DNA of 64,000 nt, taken from the NCBI GenBank assembly GCA_028699085.1, contig JAQVVF010000005.1, positions 79-64,078 on the forward strand, given 5' to 3'. Source of the DNA: Patescibacteria group bacterium. GTDB taxonomy: Bacteria > Patescibacteriota > JABMPQ01 > JAQVVF01. Position 1 is the first letter of the stretch. The number at the start of each line of letters is the position of its first letter. The translations under genes and the position numbers were made by a program. Positions 8,797-18,111 of the stretch are shown piece by piece. A model generated the notes under the pieces. That model was not told the origin of the DNA. It ran no database searches and was given only the letters and a program-made list of their open reading frames with translations.

Positions 8797-9528
8797 ATGT
8801 TAAAAAACAAAACTGCCATTGTAACTGGTGCTGGTCAAGGTATTGGCAAGGGAATTGCCGTAGCTTTGGCAAAAGAAGGTTGCAATATTGTTGTTTCAGA
8901 TATCAATCAGGAAACTTGTGATCAAACTTTTGCTGAGATTACGAAATTGGGAGTTCAATCTATTGCTGTAAAATGTGATGTTTCAAAAAAAACAGAAGTT
9001 AATAATCTTTCAAAAGTTGTCGCAGAAAAATTTAATAAGATTGATATTTTAGTTAATAACGCTGGTATTTTTCCATTTGTTCCTTTTGCCAAAATGACTG
9101 AAGCTGATTGGGACAAAGTTTTAAATATTAATTTAAAAAGCATGTTCCTAACTTCCCAGGCTATTTCTTTGAATATGCCAGAAGGTGGAAAAATTGTTAA
9201 CATCTCCTCAGTTGCTTCTTTCATTGGTTTCGAAGGTTTAGTTCACTATTGCGCTTCCAAAAGTGGTGTTAATGGCTTGGTTAGAGCTTTAGCTTTAGAA
9301 TTAGCCCCTAGAAAAATCAATGTCAATGCTGTTGCCCCAGGAGCTATTGAAACTCCAGGTGCAAAATCGGACGAAAAAACAAAACAGCAAACTTTAATGA
9401 TGATTCCTCAAAAAAGAATGGGTAAACCAGAGGATATTGCTAATACTGTTGTCTTTTTAGCATCTGATAAATCAGATTATATTACCGGACAAGTTATAGT
9501 TGTTGATGGTGGTTGGACATTAAGATAA
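8797..9528 (+). CDS. SDR-family oxidoreductase (FabG-like)
   Basis: TGAGQGIGKG Rossmann motif. NNAG. YxxxK (YCASK) catalytic motif. 243 aa. Confidence 0.85.
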   Translation: MLKNKTAIVTGAGQGIGKGIAVALAKEGCNIVVSDINQETCDQTFAEITKLGVQSIAVKCDVSKKTEVNNLSKVVAEKFNKIDILVNNAGIFPFVPFAKMTEADWDKVLNINLKSMFLTSQAISLNMPEGGKIVNISSVASFIGFEGLVHYCASKSGVNGLVRALALELAPRKINVNAVAPGAIETPGAKSDEKTKQQTLMMIPQKRMGKPEDIANTVVFLASDKSDYITGQVIVVDGGWTLR

Positions 9529-9535
9529 TTATTTT

Positions 9536-10276
9536 ATGCTTAGTGCATTACTACTTACAACAATATCTGGACTGTCAACAGTTATTGGTGGCTTGGCAAT
9601 TTATATTATCAAGAATAAAAACAAATATTATAGTTTAGGAATGGGTTTTGCTGCTGGAGTAATGATTTATATCTCTTTTGTCGAATTACTTGGTAAGAGT
9701 ATAATAAAAATTGGATATGGAAAATCAATACTGTCATTTTTTATTGGGATTATTATAATTTTTCTTATTGATATTTTGATACCTCATCTCTATCAGGAAG
9801 AAAAAAAGATTATAACTAAACAAGGTAAGACTTTTACAAAAAGTGCGATTCTAATAACAATTGGTATCGCAATCCATAACTTTCCAGAAGGCATAGCAGT
9901 ATTCTATTCTTCTCTTGCTGGTTTAAGTTTTGGATTATTTATTACATTAGCAATAATATTGCATAATATTCCCGAAGGTTTTTCAATTGCAATGGCTGTC
10001 AATAAAGCCACAAATAACAGAAGAAGAGCAATCTGGTTTTGCTTTATTTCTGGTATTGCTGAACCAATCGGTGCCTTATTATCCATTATCTTTTTGTATC
10101 GTTTCATTGATCAAAATTTATTAAACATTATTTTAGCTGGAGTCGCTGGAGTTATGATTTTTATTAGTTTTGATGAATTATTGCCTCAAGCTTATACGCA
10201 AAAAAGTGCCCATCTAACAATTGGCGGCATAATAAGCGGTATGGCAATAATGTCAATCAGCTTATATTTCCTTTAA
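9536..10276 (+). CDS. zupT: ZIP-family zinc transporter (ZupT-like)
   Basis: Multi-TM protein with HNFPEG and HNIPEG signature motifs. Confidence 0.8.
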   Translation: MLSALLLTTISGLSTVIGGLAIYIIKNKNKYYSLGMGFAAGVMIYISFVELLGKSIIKIGYGKSILSFFIGIIIIFLIDILIPHLYQEEKKIITKQGKTFTKSAILITIGIAIHNFPEGIAVFYSSLAGLSFGLFITLAIILHNIPEGFSIAMAVNKATNNRRRAIWFCFISGIAEPIGALLSIIFLYRFIDQNLLNIILAGVAGVMIFISFDELLPQAYTQKSAHLTIGGIISGMAIMSISLYFL

Positions 10277-10278
10277 TT

Positions 10279-11595
10279 ATGTCTCACAAAGAAAAAATTT
10301 TAGATATTATAAAACAATTAAAAAATTTAAAATCAAAGAATCAACCTGTTTCTTTTTCCAAAAAAACAGTTTCTCATTTTGTTCCATCAGCACACACATC
10401 AAGAGAAAAACTGCCCAAATTAGATTTAAAGTCTTTAGATTCTTTACTTAATATTGATCCAAAAAAAAATATTGGTATTGCTGAACCTGGTCTTACTTTC
10501 TCGGAATTATTAATAGAATCATTGAAATATAATTTAATTCCAGCTGTTGTCCCAGAATTAAAGACCATTACTTTAGGAGGTGCAATTTCCGGATGTTCAA
10601 TAGAATCAATGTCCTACAAGTATGGAGGATTCCATGATAGTTGTTTAGAATATGAAATAATCACTAGCAATGGAGAAATCATTATCTGCTCAAAAGATAA
10701 TAACCAAGATATTTTTGATATGATTCATGGTTCATATGGAACATTAGGAATAATTTCCAAAATAAAATTTAAATTATTGCCTGCCAAACCATATGTTCAT
10801 TTACTTTACAAAAAATATAATAATTTTGAGCAGTATTGGAATGATTTGCAAAAATACTGCCAGGAAAAACAATTTGATTTTATTGATGGAATAATTTATA
10901 ACACAAATTTATTTATTCTTTGTTTAGGCAATATGGAAGATTCTGCTCCTTTTACATCGAAATATGATTGGCTAAAAGTCTTTTATAAAGCTACTGCCAA
11001 GAAAGAAGAAGATTATTTTAAAATTTACGATTATTTTTATCGTTATGATGCTGATTGCCATTGGCTATCAAAAAAAATTCCGTTAATGGAAACATTTTTT
11101 GGCAGATTATTTTTTGGAAAGTTTGTTTTAGGATCAAGCAACTTAATAAAACTCTCCAAAAAGTTTGGGCCAAAAATTAATAAAGGCAAGAAACCAGATG
11201 TTGTTGTTGATGTTTTTATTCCTAACAATAATTTTCCACAATTTTATAATTGGTATAAAAAAGATTTTAATTTTTTTCCACTATGGATTGTGCCATACAG
11301 AGCTCCAAAAATCTACCCTTGGGTTTCTAACAGTTTAGCTAGCAAAATTGAAGATGCTTTTTTCATTGATGCTGCAATCTATGGTAAAGAAAACAATGAA
11401 AAAAATATTGATTATGCTAAAATGCTTGAAGATAAAGTTTTTGAACTTAATGGCATTAAGACTCTAATTTCACAAAACCATTATTCTAGAACAAGATTCT
11501 GGGAAATTTATAATTTTGAAAATTTTAAAAAAGTTAAACAAAAAACAGATCCAAATAATTTGTTTAATGATTTATATAAAAAAATGGTTAGATAG
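10279..11595 (+). CDS. FAD-binding oxidoreductase (FAD_binding_4 / ALO- or DprE1-like)
   Basis: PCMH-type FAD-binding domain (LGGAISGCS...GSYGTLGII). The C-terminal ...DPNNLFN end is typical of FAD-linked oxidases. Confidence 0.7.
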   Translation: MSHKEKILDIIKQLKNLKSKNQPVSFSKKTVSHFVPSAHTSREKLPKLDLKSLDSLLNIDPKKNIGIAEPGLTFSELLIESLKYNLIPAVVPELKTITLGGAISGCSIESMSYKYGGFHDSCLEYEIITSNGEIIICSKDNNQDIFDMIHGSYGTLGIISKIKFKLLPAKPYVHLLYKKYNNFEQYWNDLQKYCQEKQFDFIDGIIYNTNLFILCLGNMEDSAPFTSKYDWLKVFYKATAKKEEDYFKIYDYFYRYDADCHWLSKKIPLMETFFGRLFFGKFVLGSSNLIKLSKKFGPKINKGKKPDVVVDVFIPNNNFPQFYNWYKKDFNFFPLWIVPYRAPKIYPWVSNSLASKIEDAFFIDAAIYGKENNEKNIDYAKMLEDKVFELNGIKTLISQNHYSRTRFWEIYNFENFKKVKQKTDPNNLFNDLYKKMVR

Positions 11596-11615
11596 TTTAG
11601 TAAATAAAAAAAAGT

Positions 11616-12239
11616 ATGAAAACAAAAATGTACGCGTTACCAGCCTTGCCTTATGATTATAAGGCTTTAGTCCCGTTTCTTTCTGAAGAGCAATTAAAAA
11701 TTCATCATGACAAGCATCACAAAGCATACGTCGATAAAGCAAATGAAGTTTTAGGAAAATTAGAAATTGCCCGAAGAGAGGGGACAAAAATTGATGTTAA
11801 AGCAGTATCAAAAAATCTATCATTTCAAGCAGCTGGCGCATTATTGCACTCATTATTTTGGAAAAATTTAGCTCCAAAAGATCAAACGCAAACAGAACCA
11901 ACAAAAATTATTGGCGATGAAATTACAAAAGAATTTAGTAGCTTTGAAAGATTTAGAAAAGAATTTACAGATTGTGCAATCAATTGTGAAGGATCAGGCT
12001 GGGCAACACTTGCCTATGATCGACAGACAAATCATCTCGTAATTATGCAAATTGAAAAGCATAATATTAATATTATTCCAGGTCTAGATTTACTTTTAGT
12101 TTTAGATGTCTGGGAGCATGCTTATTATCTTGATTATAAAAATGAACGTCCAAAATATGTCGAAGCTTTCTGGCAAAATGTTAACTGGCAAGAAGTAGAG
12201 ATCAGATTAGACAAGGCGATACTTACCTTAAAGCAATAA
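11616..12239 (+). CDS. sodA: Fe/Mn superoxide dismutase
   Basis: LPYDYKALVPFLSEEQLKIHHDKHH N-terminal motif and DVWEHAYYLDY C-terminal signature. Confidence 0.9.
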   Translation: MKTKMYALPALPYDYKALVPFLSEEQLKIHHDKHHKAYVDKANEVLGKLEIARREGTKIDVKAVSKNLSFQAAGALLHSLFWKNLAPKDQTQTEPTKIIGDEITKEFSSFERFRKEFTDCAINCEGSGWATLAYDRQTNHLVIMQIEKHNINIIPGLDLLLVLDVWEHAYYLDYKNERPKYVEAFWQNVNWQEVEIRLDKAILTLKQ

Positions 12240-12291
12240 TTAAATAAATAAAAAATCTGCTAATCACTAGCAGATTTTATTTACAAAAGAA

Positions 12292-12702
12292 CTAGATTTT
12301 ATTTGATAGAACTTTTTTAATTCTATGCATCAAATCAGCAATCTGCCATGGTTTTGAAATTGTGAATCTAGCTCCGGAATTTACTGCATCAGCAAGACTT
12401 TTGCTATCACTACCTGACAATATCGCCGTAATAACTATTTTTCGATATTCAGTTTGTTTTTTAGACAGAAAGCGGATTATTTTTATCAAATCAAGACCCA
12501 TTAGTCTAGGTAAGGATAGATCTATCAGAATCAAATCCGGAATATTATCTTCCAACCATTTTAAAGTATCAAAACCATCATTTTCAATATGCACCATATA
12601 TCCTTCTCGCTCTAATAGATCCTTAAGCCTCTGAACAAACAGCGTTTTACCTTCGCTATCAGCAATCAAAATTAGTTTAGGACGTTGTATTTCCTGGCTC
12701 AT
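12292..12702 (-). CDS. Orphan response-regulator receiver (CheY-like) domain protein
   Basis: REC-domain pattern (LILIADSE...DLILIDLSLP...K). 136 aa. Canonical AAGGAGGA SD 5 nt upstream of the ATG. Confidence 0.75.
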   Translation of the reverse strand: MSQEIQRPKLILIADSEGKTLFVQRLKDLLEREGYMVHIENDGFDTLKWLEDNIPDLILIDLSLPRLMGLDLIKIIRFLSKKQTEYRKIVITAILSGSDSKSLADAVNSGARFTISKPWQIADLMHRIKKVLSNKI

Positions 12703-12760
12703 TTTTTCCTCCTTGATTTTAAAGAACTTCTTTCTATTTTAATCCAAAAATAAATAAAAG

Positions 12761-12786
12761 CAAAAAAAATAGATCAAAAATGATCT
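12761..12786 (-). terminator. Putative rho-independent terminator downstream of the tRNA cluster (hairpin readable on both strands)
   Basis: Palindrome agatcaaaaatgatct at 12771..12786, followed on the minus strand by a T-run. Confidence 0.45.
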
Positions 12787-12814
12787 GTTTTTTATTAAAA
12801 TAATTTTATTTAAA

Positions 12815-12887
12815 CGGGCCGGACGGGACTTGAACCCGCGACCTTCTCCGTGACAGGGAGACGTGAACTCCGCTTCACTACCGGCCC
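12815..12887 (-). tRNA. tRNA-Asp (GTC)
   Basis: Cloverleaf with anticodon loop CTGTCAC, GGTTCAAGTCC T-arm and 7-bp acceptor stem GGGCCGG/CCGGCCC. No encoded CCA. Confidence 0.85.
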
Positions 12888-12927
12888 AAATTTATTTCTC
12901 AATGGTTTGCATCACAGATTATATCAA

Positions 12928-13001
12928 TAGCAGGGGACGGATTCGAACCGTCGACCGCCACTTTATGAGTGTGGTGCTCTAACCAACTGAGCTACCCTGC
13001 C
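12928..13001 (-). tRNA. tRNA-Met (CAT), elongator type. Could alternatively be tRNA-Ile2 (lysidine).
   Basis: Anticodon loop CTCATAA, D-arm GTAGCTCAGTTGGTTAGAGC and T-arm GGTTCGAATCC. The anticodon stem lacks the three G-C pairs of an initiator. Confidence 0.75.
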
Positions 13002-13090
13002 TCAAAACAAATAACTAAATTATAAATTAAAAATGACAAAATTTAGAATCGTAAATTTTTCATTTATAATTTAGTTATTTTTAATTCAAA

Positions 13091-13164
13091 ATTGCGGGGG
13101 GCGGATTTGAACCGCCGACCTTCAGGTTATGAGCCTGACGAGCTTCCAAGCTGCTCTACCCCGC
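13091..13164 (-). tRNA. Initiator tRNA-fMet (CAT)
   Basis: The sequence CGCGGGGTAGAGCAGC...GGCTCATAACC...GGTTCAAATCCGCCCCCCGCAA closely resembles bacterial tRNAfMet, including a C1:A72 mismatch. Confidence 0.85.
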
Positions 13165-13605
13165 GATAATACGTATATTATATATTAAACAATAAAAAAA
13201 GCAAGTTCACTTGCTCCTATCGATTATTGATGCAATATAAAATTATTTAGGTCCGAAAAAATATTTTAATAACGGCAAAATAGCATAAAAAATAAATGCC
13301 AGAATTGCCACTAAAATAAGATAAACTCTCAAAATTTTTGCTTCTTCTAACATTTGATCCAAAGTCTAATTACATAAATCAAAGTAAACAACAAAACAAT
13401 TGTCGTGCATGCAAAAAATAATAGTAGTTTTTCTGTTAATTCCATGACTTTAGTGATTAGTAAATAAGTAATTAGTAAGTAGTAAGTCATCTATATTATA
13501 AATAATATTTAAAAAGATGGCAACCTTTTAATTAATGATAATTCTTGTTAAACTGATAGAGAGCGATAACTAGTTACTAGTCACTTATTTACTAATTACA
13601 AAAAT

Positions 13606-14817
13606 ATGCTTACATTTTTACTTATCTTGACATTGATCTTGGTTTTAACTTGTGGCTTTTTAGCTTTCAATTTAATTAAAATTAATAAAAAGTTAGCAGA
13701 GCCTACGGATAATGAGAATGACAAAATTTTGCACGAGCGCATCGATAATTTAAATCAATATGTATCTCAGAATTTAAATCAAACTAACAAATCAATTTCT
13801 GAAAATTTGAATCAAGTTACCAAAACAATGTTAGCCCAAATAAGCTCTCAAACTACTCAACTCAATGAGCGCTTAAAAGAGAATAGTGAATTAATCCAAA
13901 AATCTCAAGGAACTGTTGGTTCGCGTTTAGACAATGCTGCCAAAGTCGTTAGTTCTGTCCAGACAAAATTAGCGCAAATGGAAGAATCAAATAAAAAGAT
14001 TTTTGAAGTCGGTAAAGATATTAGAGGTTTGCAAGAAATTTTGAAAGCTCCAAAACTTCGTGGATCTTTGGGAGAATTATTTTTAGGTGATTTATTATCT
14101 CAGACTTTTTCTAAAAATCATTATCAAGAACAATACATGTTCAAATCAGGTGAAAAAGTTGATGCCGTTATCAAGTTAAAAGATAATATGCTTGTTCCAA
14201 TTGATGCAAAGTTTCCATTAGAAAATTTCCATAAGATGATCAATTTAGCCAAGAATGATCAGGAAAAAAAGATGTACAAAAAAATGTTTAAAGACGACGT
14301 CAAAAAACACATTACCGCAATTTCCAAAAAATATATTTTGCCAGATGAAGGCACAATTGATTATGCTTTGATGTATATTCCAGCTGAAAATGTTTACTAT
14401 GAAACAATAATCAGAGATGAAGATGAAAATAATTTAGTTAATTTTGCTTATACCAAAAAAGTATTTCCAGTTTCTCCAAATTCACTCTACATCTATGTCC
14501 AAGCAATTTTACTTGGCTTAAAAGGCATGCAAATTGAAGAAGGAGCTAAAGACATGATGAATTATATTCAAAGATTGCAAGGTGATTTCAATAAGTTTGA
14601 AGATGACTTTAGTGTTCTGGGAAGTCACTTAAATAATGCCCACAAAAAATTTGATGATAGTGAAAAAAGATTAGGCAAGTTTCATGACAAACTAATCGAA
14701 ATTGATAGCAGAATTCCTCAGCCTGAAAAAATAGTTGTAGATAAAAAAGCTTTACCAATTAAGCCAGAAGTTGCTGTGCAAGTTACAGGGCAAGAAAACA
14801 TTAATTTATATAATTAA
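13606..14817 (+). CDS. rmuC: DNA recombination protein RmuC
   Basis: N-terminal TM segment, long coiled coil and an RmuC core (LRGSLGELFLGDLL...). 403 aa. Confidence 0.75.
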   Translation: MLTFLLILTLILVLTCGFLAFNLIKINKKLAEPTDNENDKILHERIDNLNQYVSQNLNQTNKSISENLNQVTKTMLAQISSQTTQLNERLKENSELIQKSQGTVGSRLDNAAKVVSSVQTKLAQMEESNKKIFEVGKDIRGLQEILKAPKLRGSLGELFLGDLLSQTFSKNHYQEQYMFKSGEKVDAVIKLKDNMLVPIDAKFPLENFHKMINLAKNDQEKKMYKKMFKDDVKKHITAISKKYILPDEGTIDYALMYIPAENVYYETIIRDEDENNLVNFAYTKKVFPVSPNSLYIYVQAILLGLKGMQIEEGAKDMMNYIQRLQGDFNKFEDDFSVLGSHLNNAHKKFDDSEKRLGKFHDKLIEIDSRIPQPEKIVVDKKALPIKPEVAVQVTGQENINLYN

Positions 14818-17678
14818 TGCTTAAAGATCTCAATTTACAACAACGCCAAGCAGTCATGCATCAAAAAGGTCCACTCCTAATTGTTGCAGGCGCTGGCACA
14901 GGAAAAACAACAGCCATTACTAAAAAATTGGCTTATTTAATATTGGAAAAAAAAGTAAAACCAGAAAATATTTTAGCTTTAACTTTCACTGAAAAAGCAG
15001 CTGCTGAAATGGAGGAGAGAGTAGACAAATTAATGCCTTATGGCTATACCGATCTTTGGATTGAAACTTTTCATAGTTTTTGTGACCGGATTTTGAAAGA
15101 TAATGCTCTGGATATGGGGCTAGATCCAAATTACAAATTATTAACATCCGCAGAGCAATGGATGTTCATCAAATCAAAAATTTTTGATTTTGATTTAAAA
15201 TATTATCGACCATTAGGAAATCCAAATTCTTTTATTTCAGAATTAATCAAACATTTTTCGCGTGCCAAAGATGAAAATATTTTGCCAGATGAATATTTAA
15301 AATTTGTCAAAAAATTAAAACCAAACGATGATCTTGATCAGGAAGAAATTGATAAGATATCGGAAATAGCCAAAGCTTACAAGCAATACCAAGAATTAAT
15401 GGTTAAAGAAAGCCAAATGGATTTTGGAGATTTGATTATTCAAACTTTAAGCTTATTAAAAAAAAGAAAGCATCTTCTCAAAAAATATCAAAAACAATTC
15501 CAATATATTTTAGTTGATGAATTTCAAGATACTAATTTCGCTCAATATCAATTATTGCAGCTTTTAGCTCCTCCTCAATTGAATTTAACCGTTGTCGGAG
15601 ATGATGATCAAGCAATCTACAAATTCCGTGGCGCTTCTGTTAGCAATATTTTGCAATTTCAAAAAGATTTTCCCAAAAGCAAAAAAATTGTGCTAACAGA
15701 AAATTATCGTTCAGTTCAGCCGATTTTAGATTTAGCTTATAATTCAATTCAACTTAATAATCCAGATAGATTAGAGGCACAATATAAAATTAATAAAAAA
15801 TTAAAATCGCAAATTAAGTTAACAGACGATTTAGCAATTAATCATATTCATAAGGCAACTTATGAACAAGAAGCAGTAGAAGTCATTAAAAAAATTATTG
15901 AAATAAGACAGAAAGATAAGTCAAGCTGGTCAGACTTTGCTATTCTGGTTCGCGCTAATTCTTCTGCCGAAATTTTCATTAATTTATTATCTTCCAAGAA
16001 AATTCCATATCAATTTGTTGCTTCTCGCGGTCTTTATTCTCGTCCAGAAGTTATGGATTTGATTTCGTACTTACGGGTTGTCGCCAATTTTTATGATGAT
16101 ATTAATTTTTATCGCGTCTTAAGTTTACCAATCTTCAATCTAAATTCAGAAGATATTATTAGATTAGTTGCCTACAGTCGCCGTAAAAATTTAAGCATTT
16201 TTGATTTAGCTAGTACTCCAAGCAGAATAGTCGGCTTGAATAAAGAAAGCGCAGAAAAATTTAAAGTCGTTGTTGAATTAATTAAAAAGCACTCAAAACT
16301 TAGTCTAGAAAAAAATGCTGCTGAAGTTTTATTAGATTTTTTAAGAACATCAGGTTATCTAAAATATTTGCAGGCCAATAAAGATTTAGAAGCAGAAAAA
16401 AAGATTCTGAACATTTCTTTATTTTTTAAAAGAATACAAGAGTTGCAAGAGAACAAAAAATTAACAGTTCCAGAATTTATTGATCAATTAGATTTGATGA
16501 TTGAAGCAGGCGAAGATCCATCGCCAATCCAATTAGACGAAGGCCCAGATAGCGTTAAAATTCTAACCATCCATTCTGCAAAAGGTTTAGAGTTTGATAA
16601 TGTTTTTGTTGTTAACTTAGTTGAAGGAAAATTTCCATCTCGAAATAGAAAAGATTTAATTGAATTGCCAGAAAAATTAATCAAAGAACAATTACCAGGT
16701 ACAAATTCCAATATCCAAGAAGAAAGAAGACTCTTTTATGTTGCGATGACTCGCGCAAAAAAAAGATTATTTTTTACATCTGCCAACGATTATGGCGGTA
16801 AAAGAAAAAAGAAAATATCCAGATTTTTAGTAGAAATTAAAAAGAATATTGATAATTTAGATGATGCAACTTTGAATAATTTGCCTGATTTTAAGACTGA
16901 TGGTAGGGAGCAAAAAAATATTAATTTATCAGCAAAAAAAATAAAATATAAGTTGCCGATCAAATTTTCGTATACGCAGTTAAAAGCTTTTGAAACTTGT
17001 CCGCATCAATATCGCTTTCGTCATATTATTGGTTTACCATCATCAGGCGCTGCTTCTCAAAGCTATGGCAAAACAATGCATGCAGTTTTACAAAACTTTT
17101 TTTCAGATCTCCAAAAAGGAAAAAATCCAACCAAAAAAGATTTATTAAGTTATTACGAAAGTTTTTGGATCAATGATTTTTATCAAGATAAAAAGCACGA
17201 ACAAAAAAGATTTACCGAAGGCAAAAAAGCTTTATTAGAATTTTACAAAATAAATAAAAATAATTTAAAAGCGCCATTATTCTTAGAAAAAGGATTTAAT
17301 TTAAGAATTAAAGATACTTGCCTAAAAGGACAAATTGATCGTATCGATAAATTATCTGATGACACAGTGGAAATTGTGGACTATAAAACCGGCAAACTAC
17401 CAAAGAATGAGAAAGACGTTGAAAAAAATGAACAGTTGTTGATTTATTCTTATGCTTGCCAAAAAGTTTTAAATTTGAAACCATCAAAACTAAGTCTCTA
17501 TTTTATTGATCAAAACAAAAAATTTACTGCCAAGCAAAATCCTATTAAAGAAGAAAAAATAATTCAAAAAGTCCAAGAATTGATTGCTAAAATCAAAGAA
17601 TCTGAATTTAGCGCTAAGCCAGGCTTTGCTTGTAAATTTTGTGATTATAAAGATATCTGTGAATACGCTAGCAGGTAG
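14817..17678 (+). CDS. UvrD/PcrA-family ATP-dependent DNA helicase with C-terminal PD-(D/E)xK (Cas4/AddB-like) nuclease domain
   Basis: Walker A GAGTGKTT. UvrD motifs (DEFQDT, TIHSAKGLEF). C-terminal IDRID...DYKTGK plus CxxC..C cysteines (FeS-type nuclease). The start overlaps the rmuC stop (TAATG). Confidence 0.85.
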   Translation: MLKDLNLQQRQAVMHQKGPLLIVAGAGTGKTTAITKKLAYLILEKKVKPENILALTFTEKAAAEMEERVDKLMPYGYTDLWIETFHSFCDRILKDNALDMGLDPNYKLLTSAEQWMFIKSKIFDFDLKYYRPLGNPNSFISELIKHFSRAKDENILPDEYLKFVKKLKPNDDLDQEEIDKISEIAKAYKQYQELMVKESQMDFGDLIIQTLSLLKKRKHLLKKYQKQFQYILVDEFQDTNFAQYQLLQLLAPPQLNLTVVGDDDQAIYKFRGASVSNILQFQKDFPKSKKIVLTENYRSVQPILDLAYNSIQLNNPDRLEAQYKINKKLKSQIKLTDDLAINHIHKATYEQEAVEVIKKIIEIRQKDKSSWSDFAILVRANSSAEIFINLLSSKKIPYQFVASRGLYSRPEVMDLISYLRVVANFYDDINFYRVLSLPIFNLNSEDIIRLVAYSRRKNLSIFDLASTPSRIVGLNKESAEKFKVVVELIKKHSKLSLEKNAAEVLLDFLRTSGYLKYLQANKDLEAEKKILNISLFFKRIQELQENKKLTVPEFIDQLDLMIEAGEDPSPIQLDEGPDSVKILTIHSAKGLEFDNVFVVNLVEGKFPSRNRKDLIELPEKLIKEQLPGTNSNIQEERRLFYVAMTRAKKRLFFTSANDYGGKRKKKISRFLVEIKKNIDNLDDATLNNLPDFKTDGREQKNINLSAKKIKYKLPIKFSYTQLKAFETCPHQYRFRHIIGLPSSGAASQSYGKTMHAVLQNFFSDLQKGKNPTKKDLLSYYESFWINDFYQDKKHEQKRFTEGKKALLEFYKINKNNLKAPLFLEKGFNLRIKDTCLKGQIDRIDKLSDDTVEIVDYKTGKLPKNEKDVEKNEQLLIYSYACQKVLNLKPSKLSLYFIDQNKKFTAKQNPIKEEKIIQKVQELIAKIKESEFSAKPGFACKFCDYKDICEYASR

Positions 17679-17739
17679 ACAAATTTTGATTTATTTATTA
17701 TAATCATCTTAAGATCTATATATTTTTGTTTTTAAAAAA

Positions 17740-18108
17740 ATGACACTTCGTTCATATTTATTAGGTATGTTCTTCTCCACTATTGTCTGTTGGCTTGCTT
17801 TTGGCTTAATTTTATATTATGTTAACCCTTACAATTCTGGAGCATTGGGCTTAATTGCTTTTTATATTAGTTTATTTTTTGCCAGTATTGGCACTTTGAC
17901 ACTTATTGGATTCTATCTACGTGTTTGGTTTTCCAAAAATGAAATTTTATTTGCTCATGTCAATCCATCTTTCCGTCAAGCAATATTATTATCGATAATC
18001 TTAGTTGGTTCATTAGTTCTACAAGCTTTTAGACTTTTAACCTGGTGGGATGGATCGCTATTCGTTATAAGTATTGTATTAGTAGAATTTTATTTTATCT
18101 CAAGATAA
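17740..18108 (+). CDS. Hypothetical small integral membrane protein
   Basis: 122 aa with 3-4 predicted TM helices. No recognised family. Confidence 0.4.
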   Translation: MTLRSYLLGMFFSTIVCWLAFGLILYYVNPYNSGALGLIAFYISLFFASIGTLTLIGFYLRVWFSKNEILFAHVNPSFRQAILLSIILVGSLVLQAFRLLTWWDGSLFVISIVLVEFYFISR

Positions 18109-18111
18109 TTT

